Origin: a virus
DNA: 64,000 bases
Direction: 5' to 3' (one strand)
IMG/VR virus record: IMGVR_UViG_3300025929_000013
Span: 44,848-108,847 of that record
Part shown: piece by piece, positions 45,386-53,882 of the stretch
Numbering within the stretch: the stretch's first letter is position 1
Layout of the letters: each line of letters starts with the position of its first letter
Program-made: the position numbers and the translations under genes
Notes under the pieces: generated by a model
Database searches by the model: none
Told to the model about the DNA's origin: nothing
Seen by the model: the letters and a program-made list of their open reading frames with translations, nothing else

Positions 45386-45666
45386 GACGCACCCTCCGCA
45401 TCGGTGGTGGTCTCCGATTCGAGCGGCAGGTAGAGCCCGCGCATCATGATGTTGAGGTTGCCGTTCTCCGTGTCGAGGTGGCCGTTGGCGTCGACCAGCA
45501 GGCCGCGCTTGAAGGCCGCCTTGTCCAGGTGCATGGTGATCAGGTCGATGACGGCCTCCGGCTGGGAGGTGTCGTTGCTCGCCCAGGACTGCATCGTTTT
45601 GAGCTGGCTGTCCAGCTGGCGGCGCACCTGGTCCGGAGTTCCGGCGGCGACGAGGCTGAAACTCAT
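45382..45666 (-). CDS. hypothetical protein
   Basis: Packed ORF. Confidence 0.7.
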   Translation of the reverse strand: MSFSLVAAGTPDQVRRQLDSQLKTMQSWASNDTSQPEAVIDLITMHLDKAAFKRGLLVDANGHLDTENGNLNIMMRGLYLPLESETTTDAEGAS

Positions 45667-45944
45667 GAAGGGGTGTCCTCACAGGGTTCGAAGTTCTCGG
45701 TGAAACGCGACTCGGGGAATCCCAGGCGCCGGGTGTGGGTGTCGGTGACCCACTCGCCGCCGCGCAGGACCGCGGCCTCATAGGCGTGCTCGACGATCAC
45801 GACGGGCTCCGCGCTGGTCTCGACACCCGCGGCGCCGGGCTCGGCGATCTCGACGATCGTGAACACCGAGCCGGGGGGAAGGGCGTGCTCGCCCTCGCCG
45901 AAGGGGACCAGGGAGCGTGCGTGCGCGCCGACGCTCAGTGCCAC
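45663..45944 (-). CDS. hypothetical protein
   Basis: Packed ORF. Confidence 0.7.
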   Translation of the reverse strand: MALSVGAHARSLVPFGEGEHALPPGSVFTIVEIAEPGAAGVETSAEPVVIVEHAYEAAVLRGGEWVTDTHTRRLGFPESRFTENFEPCEDTPS

Positions 45945-46282
45945 ACGAACCCCTTGCCATCCAGGTGGTCCGCGAAGTCGGTCGCGAGCTTGTAGGTGCG
46001 TCCGGCCTCGAAGTCGTAGTGCTTGCCCGCGCCGTAGGTCACGTCCTTCATGTCTTCCTTGATGCGCACCGTGCGGTACGGCTGGCGCACCTCGACCGCG
46101 GCGCTCGGCTCGACGGCCTTGGGCGTGACGTAGTCGACGACCTCGCTCTTGACCTCGCGCGCGGCGTCCTGCGCCATCGTGATCTCGGCGGCGCGCTCGA
46201 CGGCGGCCTCGTCGCGCTCCTTGGCCAGGCGGTCCGCCTCCTTGCCCGTGAAATCCTGCGCCCGGCGCCGTTGCGTCGGCAT
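45935..46282 (-). CDS. capsid-associated hypothetical protein
   Basis: AAGGAG RBS; directly after the major capsid gene. Confidence 0.75.
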   Translation of the reverse strand: MPTQRRRAQDFTGKEADRLAKERDEAAVERAAEITMAQDAAREVKSEVVDYVTPKAVEPSAAVEVRQPYRTVRIKEDMKDVTYGAGKHYDFEAGRTYKLATDFADHLDGKGFVWH

Positions 46283-46317
46283 GTCAGCTCCTTGTGGTTG
46301 TGCGAGTCATGGGCACG

Positions 46318-46347
46318 GCGGCGGCAGTGACTGGGACCTGCCGCCGC
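46318..46347. terminator. GC-rich hairpin downstream of the capsid gene
   Basis: GCGGCGGCAG...CTGCCGCCGC 10-bp inverted repeat; no U-tract after it on the minus strand. Confidence 0.55.
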
Positions 46348-46380
46348 ATACTCATGCAGAAAAACAGCCGAGAGATCGGG

Positions 46381-47647
46381 TCAGTTGGTGTTGACGACCA
46401 CGACGGACTGATCGGTGATCAGGCCCATACCGAGGATCGCGTACCAAGCCAGTGCATGTTCACGTCCGAAGTCCAAGACGCCGCCGTCGCGCAATTCCAC
46501 TGGTAGAGAGATCGCGTGGCCGTAGGCGTTGTCGCCGATGAACGTTGAGGAGTACACATCGACCGGAACGGTGTTCTGTGTCTTCGTGACCTGAGTCGTC
46601 TCGATGAAGATCACGTCGAACAGACGTCCCACCTCACCAAGCATGAAATTCCCCGGAGCCGCATATTTAGTGACCTCGATGAACTCGGGCGCTTCACGCA
46701 AATGGCGCGATTGGTGCGGATGGATGAATCCGACGTAAGTCTCCCCAATCCGGGGCACATTCTTCGTCGCCAGGGTCTCCGCGACGTCGCGGATGGCGGC
46801 CGGGGTGAGGTTGTACGTCCCGGTCAGTCCGTTGGTGGAGGTGCCCACGGTGCCGAAGTCGTACGGGCTCTTGTTGGTGATCGAGCCGCTGGGGTTGGAG
46901 TACCCGAACAGCAGGCTGCTGGCCGTCTGCAACGTTGATTGGGCCAGATTATCAAGGTATTGAGCCATGTTGCGGCCCAGGAGACGGCTGGCCGAGGCCA
47001 TGACGTCGTCGAAGGACGCGTTGAGCAACAGCTCGGTGACAGCCACCGCATATCCATGCTCGGCGACTGTGATCGAGAACTGCGACGCCGTGAGGGCGTT
47101 GGTCTGCATGCGAACACCCTCGACGAGCTGCGCCGCAGCGCCCAGGTTGTTGTATCGCATGAAGTTGATGGTAAGACCTGGAGATACACCCAGTTCTGTC
47201 TTCTTCACAGCGAACTGCTCGAAGCGCAGAATCGGCATGGCCTGGAAGCAAGTTGTTACCCAGCAGTTACCCACTAGGGCCAGGTCGTTTCCGCCTGGCT
47301 CTGCACCTTTTCCATCGGTGCAGATCGGACTGTATCTTCGGCTCCAGTCCCGGTCGGCTATACCGGCCTTCCGGTCCTGTTGGAGTCGCCTCGCGTGCAG
47401 TCTCTACGGCGTCCCCGGTACGGGTTCCCTCGGTATTCCCCGTGCCACGAGTCATGTTCTACGAGCGTCGGTGGGGTTCACCGATACAGCGTGGTGTTTA
47501 CTCGCCGGTCACCCGACGAGGTCCCCTGGTGTCGAGGATTTCCTTCGACCATATAGTTTGGATCGCCTGCGACAGCTGGTTGTTGGACCCGCTGTAGTTC
47601 GTCGGCGAACCCGACAAGTTGGGTGTACCCGTGATCGCATTGGCCAT
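46381..47647 (-). CDS. major capsid protein (N4-gp56-like), two exons 47647-47535 and 47248-46381, 326 aa
   Basis: AGGAG RBS, then MANAITG...AIQTIWSKEIL joined to FQAMPILRFEQFAVKKTEL...HPHQ...GEVG...DFGREH..WY. Confidence 0.92.
47249..47534 (-). ncRNA. group I self-splicing intron (286 nt, no ORF) in the capsid gene
   Basis: Exon ends in U with a U.G pair in P1 (UCCU|C with GGGGA); terminal G; P UAUCGGUGAA, Q GAAUACCGAG, R GUAGAGACUGCA, S AAGAUACAGUCC; P7 GACUG/CAGUC; removal restores the frame. Confidence 0.93.
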
Positions 47648-47683
47648 GGTCGGCCGCTCCTATCTCGGGCGTGCTTGTCCAGC

Positions 47684-48466
47684 TCAGCGGTAGAGACCGC
47701 CCTGCCGGACCTGGTTGGAGGCTGCCGCGAGTAGTTGCTGCCGATGCGTCGCGTACTCCGCCATGGACATCTCGGAGATGTCTTTCGGAGTCAGCGTGCG
47801 CTGTGCCGGGTCTGTGTCCATCGGGCCGATGTTGGGGCGTCCGGTGGCGGACACCCCGCGCAGGCTGGCCTGACGCGCCTGCGCCTGTGCTCCCGAGATC
47901 GCGTCAACGATCGCGGAGGATTTGGCCGTGAGCATCGCGATCGAGGCGTCGATCTCCTCACGGGTATTGCCGGTCACCAGGTCCAGAAGCTCCGGGGCGA
48001 TCGCATCACGCGCCTCGTCGACCTTCGCCTGGGTGTACGACTTCAGCTCGTTGTACTGCCGTTCCTTGTCGAAGATCGCCCGCTCTTCCAGCCGCTGGCG
48101 CTCCATCTCCGCCATCTGGGCCTGCCAGCGCTCGGACTCCTGGCGAACGAAGTCCTTGGCGGACATCTCCGCCTCTTCCCGCGCCTTCTGCGCCGCGTCC
48201 GCGTCCGCCTTCGCCTTGGCGATCGCGTCGGCCTCGGCCTGGCGCTCGGTCTCCAGCGCCGCGAGCTTGGACTGGATCGAGTTGATCGTCTCGGACTGCT
48301 CGCTCAGGCGGCCGTAGAGCTTGTCGCGCTCGTCCTGGCGGGCCTTCTGAAGCGCCGCCTCGGTGAACATGCGCTCGGCGGCGGGGTCTGCGGACGGCGG
48401 GGGAGTGGGCACCGGCACCGGGATGGTGATGGTGCCTGCGGGGTCGGTGGTCGGATCGAGGTCCAC
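47684..48466 (-). CDS. capsid scaffolding protein
   Basis: Coiled-coil; KARQDERDKLY...ISEMSMAEY..RQQLL; between portal and capsid. Confidence 0.8.
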   Translation of the reverse strand: MDLDPTTDPAGTITIPVPVPTPPPSADPAAERMFTEAALQKARQDERDKLYGRLSEQSETINSIQSKLAALETERQAEADAIAKAKADADAAQKAREEAEMSAKDFVRQESERWQAQMAEMERQRLEERAIFDKERQYNELKSYTQAKVDEARDAIAPELLDLVTGNTREEIDASIAMLTAKSSAIVDAISGAQAQARQASLRGVSATGRPNIGPMDTDPAQRTLTPKDISEMSMAEYATHRQQLLAAASNQVRQGGLYR

Positions 48467-48469
48467 GTG

Positions 48470-50167
48470 TCACGTCTCCGAAGACTTGTTGGTGTCCGGA
48501 TTTCGCCACTGGGCCAATTTCGTCCCTGCGGCGAGTGCCACGAGTTCGTCCTGTATTTTCTTCGTGTCCTCGCTCAGCCCGCCCACGCCGGGAAGGCCGG
48601 GGAGCGGAGCGGGGTCGCCGGACGCGGGGCCCGGCGGTGGTGCGGGCGGCTCTACCCCCTCTGGGGGAAGGCCGGTCATGTCGAGGATAACACTGGCTAT
48701 CTGAGCCTTTAGTAGGTCCAGTACACCCTGGTGTTTGGTCTCCTCAAGCTGCTCGTCGAAGATCTCGGCCAGTGCGTCGGCCGGGAACTCCTCGCCCAAT
48801 TCTCGCAGCGCCCCGCGCTTGGACGTGAGCCCCAGCTGCAACTTAACCATCAGCTCGTTGAGTTTGACCAGGACGTCGACCGGCAGCGGCGGCGGGAAGT
48901 CGGCGACCGTGCGGTAGACGAGGGGGTCGGTGGGGTCGAGCACGTCGGCCTGGCTGGGATCTGTCTTGAGTCCCTCGGTGTCCGGGTCGTAGTTCAGGGT
49001 CTGCGGCTCGAACAGGAACAGCGTGCGCAGGGCGAGCTCGTTGATGCGCGCGAACCCCGCGGAGTACTGGATGATCTTGCGGTGGTAGCGCAACATCATG
49101 GGCTGATATTGAATGCTGAGTGCCACGCCACTGGTGTTGCTGACCGGCTGCTCCTGGCCGAGCGCGTTCTCCGGCACGCCCGTCATCTCGTGCATCGCGG
49201 TCTTCAAAAACTGGAGGTACTGGAGCGCCCACTCCAGCTCGATGTTGTTCTCCAGGTTGTAGACCTTGGCGTCCTTGGGCAGCCCGCCCCACACCTTGCG
49301 AGGGCCCTTCTCAAGATTCGAAGCTTTGGCCCCTGAGATAATCGTCACCGGCGCCGCGTGGTAGTCGATGATCTCGCTGATGTTCGTGGCTTGCTCGTTG
49401 AGTTCCCTGTTCAGCGAGATGATGTCCGCGATGTCGGACAGCCCCCAGGGCGACCCGGGCACCTCGATATTCGTGATCGGCACGATCGGGATCTCGCCGA
49501 GCCCGTTGGGGTGCGAGTCGATCAGCTCATCGTTGATGTACTCCTCGACATACTCGTCCGTGATGATCTCAGTGTATGTATATACCTGCCGCGTGCCCTC
49601 TGTAGAGGTACCCCAAAAGCGGTATTTTAGCTTAAAACGGACAAGTCGCTCAGGATCGTGTGGATGATATTCAGGGAATGCGAAGCTCGGGTTGATCGCC
49701 AGCAGCCGCACGCGGCCGGGGTGCTGCATCCCCGCGGCGTCCGTCCACGCGGGCTCATACGCCACCTTCACGAAGACGTCCCCGCAGACCCCGGCGAGCT
49801 CGCCGATCTGCATCAGGAGCTTGTCCTTGCGGTTGTCGACCTCCCACACCCTTTTGAGCAGGGCGGGGACGATGTGCTCGGTGGCCTTGTCGCTGGCGAA
49901 GTGCACGCCGCGCGAGAAAGTGAAGGAGGTGATGAAGCGGGAGAACGCCGCCGTGTAGTTGAAGGTGAGCTGCGTTTCGCCCGATTCGCGACGATATCCC
50001 CAGTGATGTCCCAAAAACCACGCCAGATTCTGGGCATAACGGTTCAAACGTGGACCATGCACCTCAAATTCCTCGTCGGCCAATTCGACGAGTCCGAGGG
50101 GTGATATAGCAACGGTGAGATCCGACGCCGCGGCCCGCATGGAGGGGGACGGGAACGACATCGACAC
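48470..50167 (-). CDS. portal protein (SPP1 gp6-like)
   Basis: GDVFVKV, NGLGEIPIV, WGLSDI, NTSGVAL; size and position. Confidence 0.9.
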   Translation of the reverse strand: MSMSFPSPSMRAAASDLTVAISPLGLVELADEEFEVHGPRLNRYAQNLAWFLGHHWGYRRESGETQLTFNYTAAFSRFITSFTFSRGVHFASDKATEHIVPALLKRVWEVDNRKDKLLMQIGELAGVCGDVFVKVAYEPAWTDAAGMQHPGRVRLLAINPSFAFPEYHPHDPERLVRFKLKYRFWGTSTEGTRQVYTYTEIITDEYVEEYINDELIDSHPNGLGEIPIVPITNIEVPGSPWGLSDIADIISLNRELNEQATNISEIIDYHAAPVTIISGAKASNLEKGPRKVWGGLPKDAKVYNLENNIELEWALQYLQFLKTAMHEMTGVPENALGQEQPVSNTSGVALSIQYQPMMLRYHRKIIQYSAGFARINELALRTLFLFEPQTLNYDPDTEGLKTDPSQADVLDPTDPLVYRTVADFPPPLPVDVLVKLNELMVKLQLGLTSKRGALRELGEEFPADALAEIFDEQLEETKHQGVLDLLKAQIASVILDMTGLPPEGVEPPAPPPGPASGDPAPLPGLPGVGGLSEDTKKIQDELVALAAGTKLAQWRNPDTNKSSET

Positions 50168-50230
50168 CGCTGGCCCCTCCCTTCAGTGAGTTGATCTACA
50201 CCTAGACTTACCGAGCTGTGCGCAGGAGTG

Positions 50231-51376
50231 TTAGTGGCCTACTTCGCGCTGCATGTGTTTGATCAGTTCGTCGCTGCCGGTGTGGAAGAGCTCGGCGAAG
50301 TTCTTCGCGGCGCGCGCGATGTGCTCGCGGCGCTCGCGCACCGGATCGCGGTGGGCGTGGCCGGTGCGCGCCTCCTGCTCCTGCGGGTTGGCGGCGGCGT
50401 GCGCGTGGATCTTCGCGATCGCAATACGCTGCTCGCCGCCGCGTACCGCCTCGTGGGCCTGGTCGGCGCGTGCGTGCGCGGCCTGCGCCTCGTTCTCGGC
50501 CCGCGCGCTCTCCTCGGCGGTCTCGGCCCGCGCGGTCTTGGCGTGCGCGATGTGGACTTTCTCCTCGGCGAAGTGCGTCTTTTCGATGTTCGCGTGGTGG
50601 GCGACCTGCGCGCGTTGCGCGGCGACCTCCGCCAGGGCCATGCCGTGCTCGACGCTGCCCTTGCCCCGGTTCGGGTCCGCGGCGACCTCCTCGGCCTTGC
50701 GCTTGGCCGTCAGGACGTCCGCAGCCGCGGCAGCCCGCGCGACACCGGCGCGGTTGGCCAGCATCCGCGAATGCGAGGCCCTCTCCATGTGCATGGAGAC
50801 CTCGGGATTGCTGCGCCCCTCATCGACACTCGCGGCCCCGGGATGCGTCTCCAGCGTCTTGCGCAGCGCCGCCGCCTTCTGCTCGTGGACAGCCGCCGAG
50901 CGTGCGTCGCCCTCCGCGATGAGTCTGCGGTGCTGCTGCTCGTGCCACCCGGCGAGCGCGGTCATCTGCTGCGGGGTGTGCTGGACCTGCGGCTGTGGCG
51001 TCGGCGCGGCCTTTTTCGCGGCGGGCGCAGGGCCCTGATGCAGGTGCGCGTGCGCCGCGGTGTACGCCGCAGCCGCAGAGGGCGCAGGGGGAGAGGGGGC
51101 CGCGCGCTGCGCATCCGCCGGGGGGGAGGAGGCGGCTGCCTTCTTCGCAGCGCGCGGCGGCTTGGGGGCGGACGACTTCGGCCGGATCGGCACCGTAGCG
51201 CGCCGGTTCTCCGGGTCTGCCCGCGCTGCGAGCGCGTGATTCGGGCCACCCGGCAGATCGGTCACATCACCCGAATGCTTGCGAAGCTGCTCCTGGTGGT
51301 GTGCGCGCGCCTCGTCGCTCAGGCCCGGACTTGCCAGGGCGCGCCGGTGGAACGCCGCCTTCGGGTTGTCCGCCAT
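50231..51376 (-). CDS. hypothetical Ala/His-rich low-complexity protein
   Basis: 381-aa ORF with GAGG RBS, co-oriented with neighbours. Confidence 0.65.
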   Translation of the reverse strand: MADNPKAAFHRRALASPGLSDEARAHHQEQLRKHSGDVTDLPGGPNHALAARADPENRRATVPIRPKSSAPKPPRAAKKAAASSPPADAQRAAPSPPAPSAAAAYTAAHAHLHQGPAPAAKKAAPTPQPQVQHTPQQMTALAGWHEQQHRRLIAEGDARSAAVHEQKAAALRKTLETHPGAASVDEGRSNPEVSMHMERASHSRMLANRAGVARAAAAADVLTAKRKAEEVAADPNRGKGSVEHGMALAEVAAQRAQVAHHANIEKTHFAEEKVHIAHAKTARAETAEESARAENEAQAAHARADQAHEAVRGGEQRIAIAKIHAHAAANPQEQEARTGHAHRDPVRERREHIARAAKNFAELFHTGSDELIKHMQREVGH

Positions 51377-51385
51377 GGCGATGCC

Positions 51386-51778
51386 TCAGTCGTTGATGAC
51401 TTCGGCGGCGGTGCGGTTCTGGTGGCGCCCGTTGCGGATCACCGCTTCGTACTTGACCTCCGCAATGTGCGAAGTTCCATGTGCGAACTCACCCAAGAAG
51501 CTCGGGGCGTCCGGCCACGCGGCACTGCCCAGGTGGGCGCGCTCGCGCATGGTCTCCTCCGGTGGCTTCTCATAGACATTCATGTTGTGATTCGGTCGAC
51601 CGGGAGGGGTCTTGTACCCCTGCATGGCGCCGACCGACAGCTCGCGGGGAACGTCCGTATTTGTACTGATTCCTTCCTCGAACCGCAAAACGCCGCGGCG
51701 GGAAGGGTTTGACGTTTGAACGGCCTCGTAGTGGACCGGCGAGCGCTCGTCGAACTGCGGAGCGGGAGACAAGCCCAT
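51386..51778 (-). CDS. hypothetical phage protein
   Basis: AGGAGG RBS, ATG 51778; LRFEEG.STNTDVP...RERAHLGSAAW. Confidence 0.8.
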   Translation of the reverse strand: MGLSPAPQFDERSPVHYEAVQTSNPSRRGVLRFEEGISTNTDVPRELSVGAMQGYKTPPGRPNHNMNVYEKPPEETMRERAHLGSAAWPDAPSFLGEFAHGTSHIAEVKYEAVIRNGRHQNRTAAEVIND

Positions 51779-51833
51779 GATGGAAACCTCCTGGTAGGTC
51801 GTTTCCAGTCTCGGGCCGGTTGCCGCGCATGTG

Positions 51834-52154
51834 TTAGTCGCCGTCGTCGCGCGCGACCAGCGCGTCATGCTGCACGACCCAGATCACCGCGAGGCGCCAC
51901 AGCGTGATCGCGGACACCAGGAAGAGGCTGCCGCCGTAGTACCACGCGAACCAGGGGTAACTGACGTTGAGCCCGAACAGCAGATGCAGCGCGCTGGGCA
52001 GCAGGGCGAGCAGCAACGCCATGTCGAGCGAGGCCACCGCGCGCCCGACCGGGCTGCGCCACCACGGCGCCAGCAGGCTGTAGCCGACCAGGAAGGTCAG
52101 CGTGCTGAAAAACGCCACGATCGCGCTGACGTGATCGAAACTAACCGCGGTCAT
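51834..52154 (-). CDS. holin-like three-TM protein
   Basis: Three hydrophobic helices; YSLLAPWWRSPVGR. Confidence 0.7.
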   Translation of the reverse strand: MTAVSFDHVSAIVAFFSTLTFLVGYSLLAPWWRSPVGRAVASLDMALLLALLPSALHLLFGLNVSYPWFAWYYGGSLFLVSAITLWRLAVIWVVQHDALVARDDGD

Positions 52155-52377
52155 GCCGATGCCCCTCTGCCTCGCTCAGCATCAGGACAATGCGAGTGCT
52201 GAAGTGGTTTTCCGCGCGCAGTTTGCGCAGCTGTGCCCCCAGGGCGTGGACCTCCACGGCGCGCTCCTTCGTCGCCGCCAGGGCGCGCTCGGACTCGGCG
52301 ACGGCGTCGGCGGCCTGGCGCAGTCCCTCGTCGTCCGGGCGGTTGGGCGGACGCCGCTTACGCCACATGCGTGCCAT
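52141..52377 (-). CDS. small coiled-coil protein of an actinophage membrane cassette
   Basis: MW.KR...LRAENHFS. Confidence 0.65.
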   Translation of the reverse strand: MARMWRKRRPPNRPDDEGLRQAADAVAESERALAATKERAVEVHALGAQLRKLRAENHFSTRIVLMLSEAEGHRHDRG

Positions 52378-52696
52378 CGGGACGGTTCACCTCGATCTCA
52401 AGCACCGCGGGCTCCGCCGAGGGCAGAGAATTAAGGACCTGGGTGGTGGTGCGTGCGACCTCCATCAGCTCGCCGACATGGCTGTCGGCCAGGTGCCGCG
52501 AGACCACCGCCGTCTCATACGCGTGCTGCCACATGTCGGACTGCTTCTGAAGCGCGCTGATGCGCTCGTTGCGGTCCTCAAGCCGGTCGCGCATCGTGCG
52601 CCGGGGCACCAGCTGGCCGGTGAGGATCAGCAGCACCACGATGCCGAGCAGGACCGCGGCGCTGGTCTGGAGCTCGGGCAGCCCGAAGATCGTCAT
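52358..52696 (-). CDS. single-TM plus coiled-coil membrane protein
   Basis: ATG 52696; VLLILTGQLVPRR...WQHAY. Confidence 0.75.
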   Translation of the reverse strand: MTIFGLPELQTSAAVLLGIVVLLILTGQLVPRRTMRDRLEDRNERISALQKQSDMWQHAYETAVVSRHLADSHVGELMEVARTTTQVLNSLPSAEPAVLEIEVNRPDGTHVA

Positions 52697-52974
52697 CGGG
52701 CCTCCGGGTCCTGCTCGGCGTGGGCGGCCAGGACGTCGGCGTGCGACGGGGCGCCGTCGGGATGGTGCTTGCGGCACACCACGTACGCGGTCCCGGCGAC
52801 CGGATGCCGCCCGACCCGCCAGCATTTATCGACGTGGCAGTTGTGCTTGCGCACGATCGCGACCAGGCCGCCGACCATCGCCAGCTCGCCGATGTCGGAG
52901 CCGCTGCCGGACCAGAATCCGTAGTAGGGCCCTGACAGGTTGTCCATGCCGAGCACGTGCGCGAGCCAGCTCAC
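52693..52974 (-). CDS. hypothetical membrane/zinc-finger protein
   Basis: GTG 52974; YGFWSG...HNCHVDKCWR.G...CRKHHP. Confidence 0.7.
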   Translation of the reverse strand: MSWLAHVLGMDNLSGPYYGFWSGSGSDIGELAMVGGLVAIVRKHNCHVDKCWRVGRHPVAGTAYVVCRKHHPDGAPSHADVLAAHAEQDPEAR

Positions 52975-53417
52975 GGCGTGATGTCCTTCGCCGGGATGAA
53001 CTCGGCCGGGGATGCAACACCGGCCTTCTTGTACCTCACCGCCTGCCACAGCGGCTCGGGCAGCACGTGGATCCCGTAGTGGGTGCGGTGGTGCACTTCG
53101 CAGAGCACTTCCAGGTTCCCGGGGCTCTCGATCCACTGCTGGAACTGCTCGTCGGTGTCGAAGTGCAGGCCCAGCGCGCGCCCCACCTTGCCCGGGTCCG
53201 CTGCGTTCGCCTCGGAGAACTCGATCACCGAGTGGTGCAGCTCCGGCTGGCCGTCACACAGCTCGTCGTCGACCACGCATTTGAACAGGCCCTGGCGCTT
53301 GAGCTGCGACTTCGCGGCCTCGAACAGGTGGTAGTGCGGGTCGTCGGCGCGCGGCGCGTGCGCCTCGACGTGCTGGCGCAGGTGCAGTGTGAGCATCTGG
53401 TCATGCGCGGCGGTCAT
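52971..53417 (-). CDS. HNH-like His/Cys protein
   Basis: C...C...ELHH...NLEVLCEVHHR..GIH. Confidence 0.6.
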   Translation of the reverse strand: MTAAHDQMLTLHLRQHVEAHAPRADDPHYHLFEAAKSQLKRQGLFKCVVDDELCDGQPELHHSVIEFSEANAADPGKVGRALGLHFDTDEQFQQWIESPGNLEVLCEVHHRTHYGIHVLPEPLWQAVRYKKAGVASPAEFIPAKDITP

Positions 53418-53493
53418 CGTTCTCTCCCGGCGAGGTGGTTTCATCGCCAGCGTAAAGAGAACACACGCACGAGTGTTAAGGTGCGGACATCAA

Positions 53494-53579
53494 TGGGGCG
53501 GGTGGGAGGATTCGAACCTCGCAGTGCGCCCGGGGGTATAAACCAAGACGCGCCCGGAACCCGACTCCGGTGCACCCGC
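53494..53579 (-). tRNA. atypical tRNA-like element, identity uncertain
   Basis: Acceptor GCGGGTG/CACCCGC, C discriminator, encoded CCA, D-like stem CCGG/CCGG, T-loop GAGG-TTCGAAT-CCTC; anticodon arm oversized. Confidence 0.65.
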
Positions 53580-53587
53580 ACGCTCAA

Positions 53588-53880
53588 CGCTCCGGCGGGG
53601 TCTGGCCCAAGAGCCGGTTAAAAACAGAGCCGCTTGCGCGGCCCTCCTGAGGTGGGTTAACACCCCGCCGGAGCGGCAGCAGCCTAGCACCTGTATAAGA
53701 AGCCGGGCGGCCCACCAATGAAGGATGGACCGCCCGAGGACGGCGGGACTACGCTATAGGGCAGACCATCTCTGGTCCGCACGCCGCGTGAAGCGGCCTT
53801 TAAGCGGGCGGTTGCCGCCGCCGGACAGTGAACAAGGCCGAAGCCATGTCAACTTAACCGGGACCAGACTACGCCCTGCC
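53588..53880 (-). ncRNA. cluster of structured non-coding RNA domains
   Basis: 14-bp perfect stem 53588-53601/53662-53675 enclosing a GCAA hairpin; 13-bp hairpin 53704-53736; multibranch domain 53760-53880 with a cUUCGg loop. Confidence 0.65.
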
Positions 53881-53882
53881 GG

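Noticed and set aside
46381-47274. ORF-track capsid start MGNCWVTTC
   Set aside because: Those codons lie in the intron 3' end; the real N-terminus is exon 1 at 47647 with an SD
47253-47597. Short ORFs inside the intron as a homing endonuclease
   Set aside because: No HNH, GIY-YIG or LAGLIDADG motif, and they overlap the catalytic core
53494-53880. tmRNA
   Set aside because: The acceptor 5' strand is only 86 nt from the CCA, there is no G3.U70 alanine determinant, and no tag ORF
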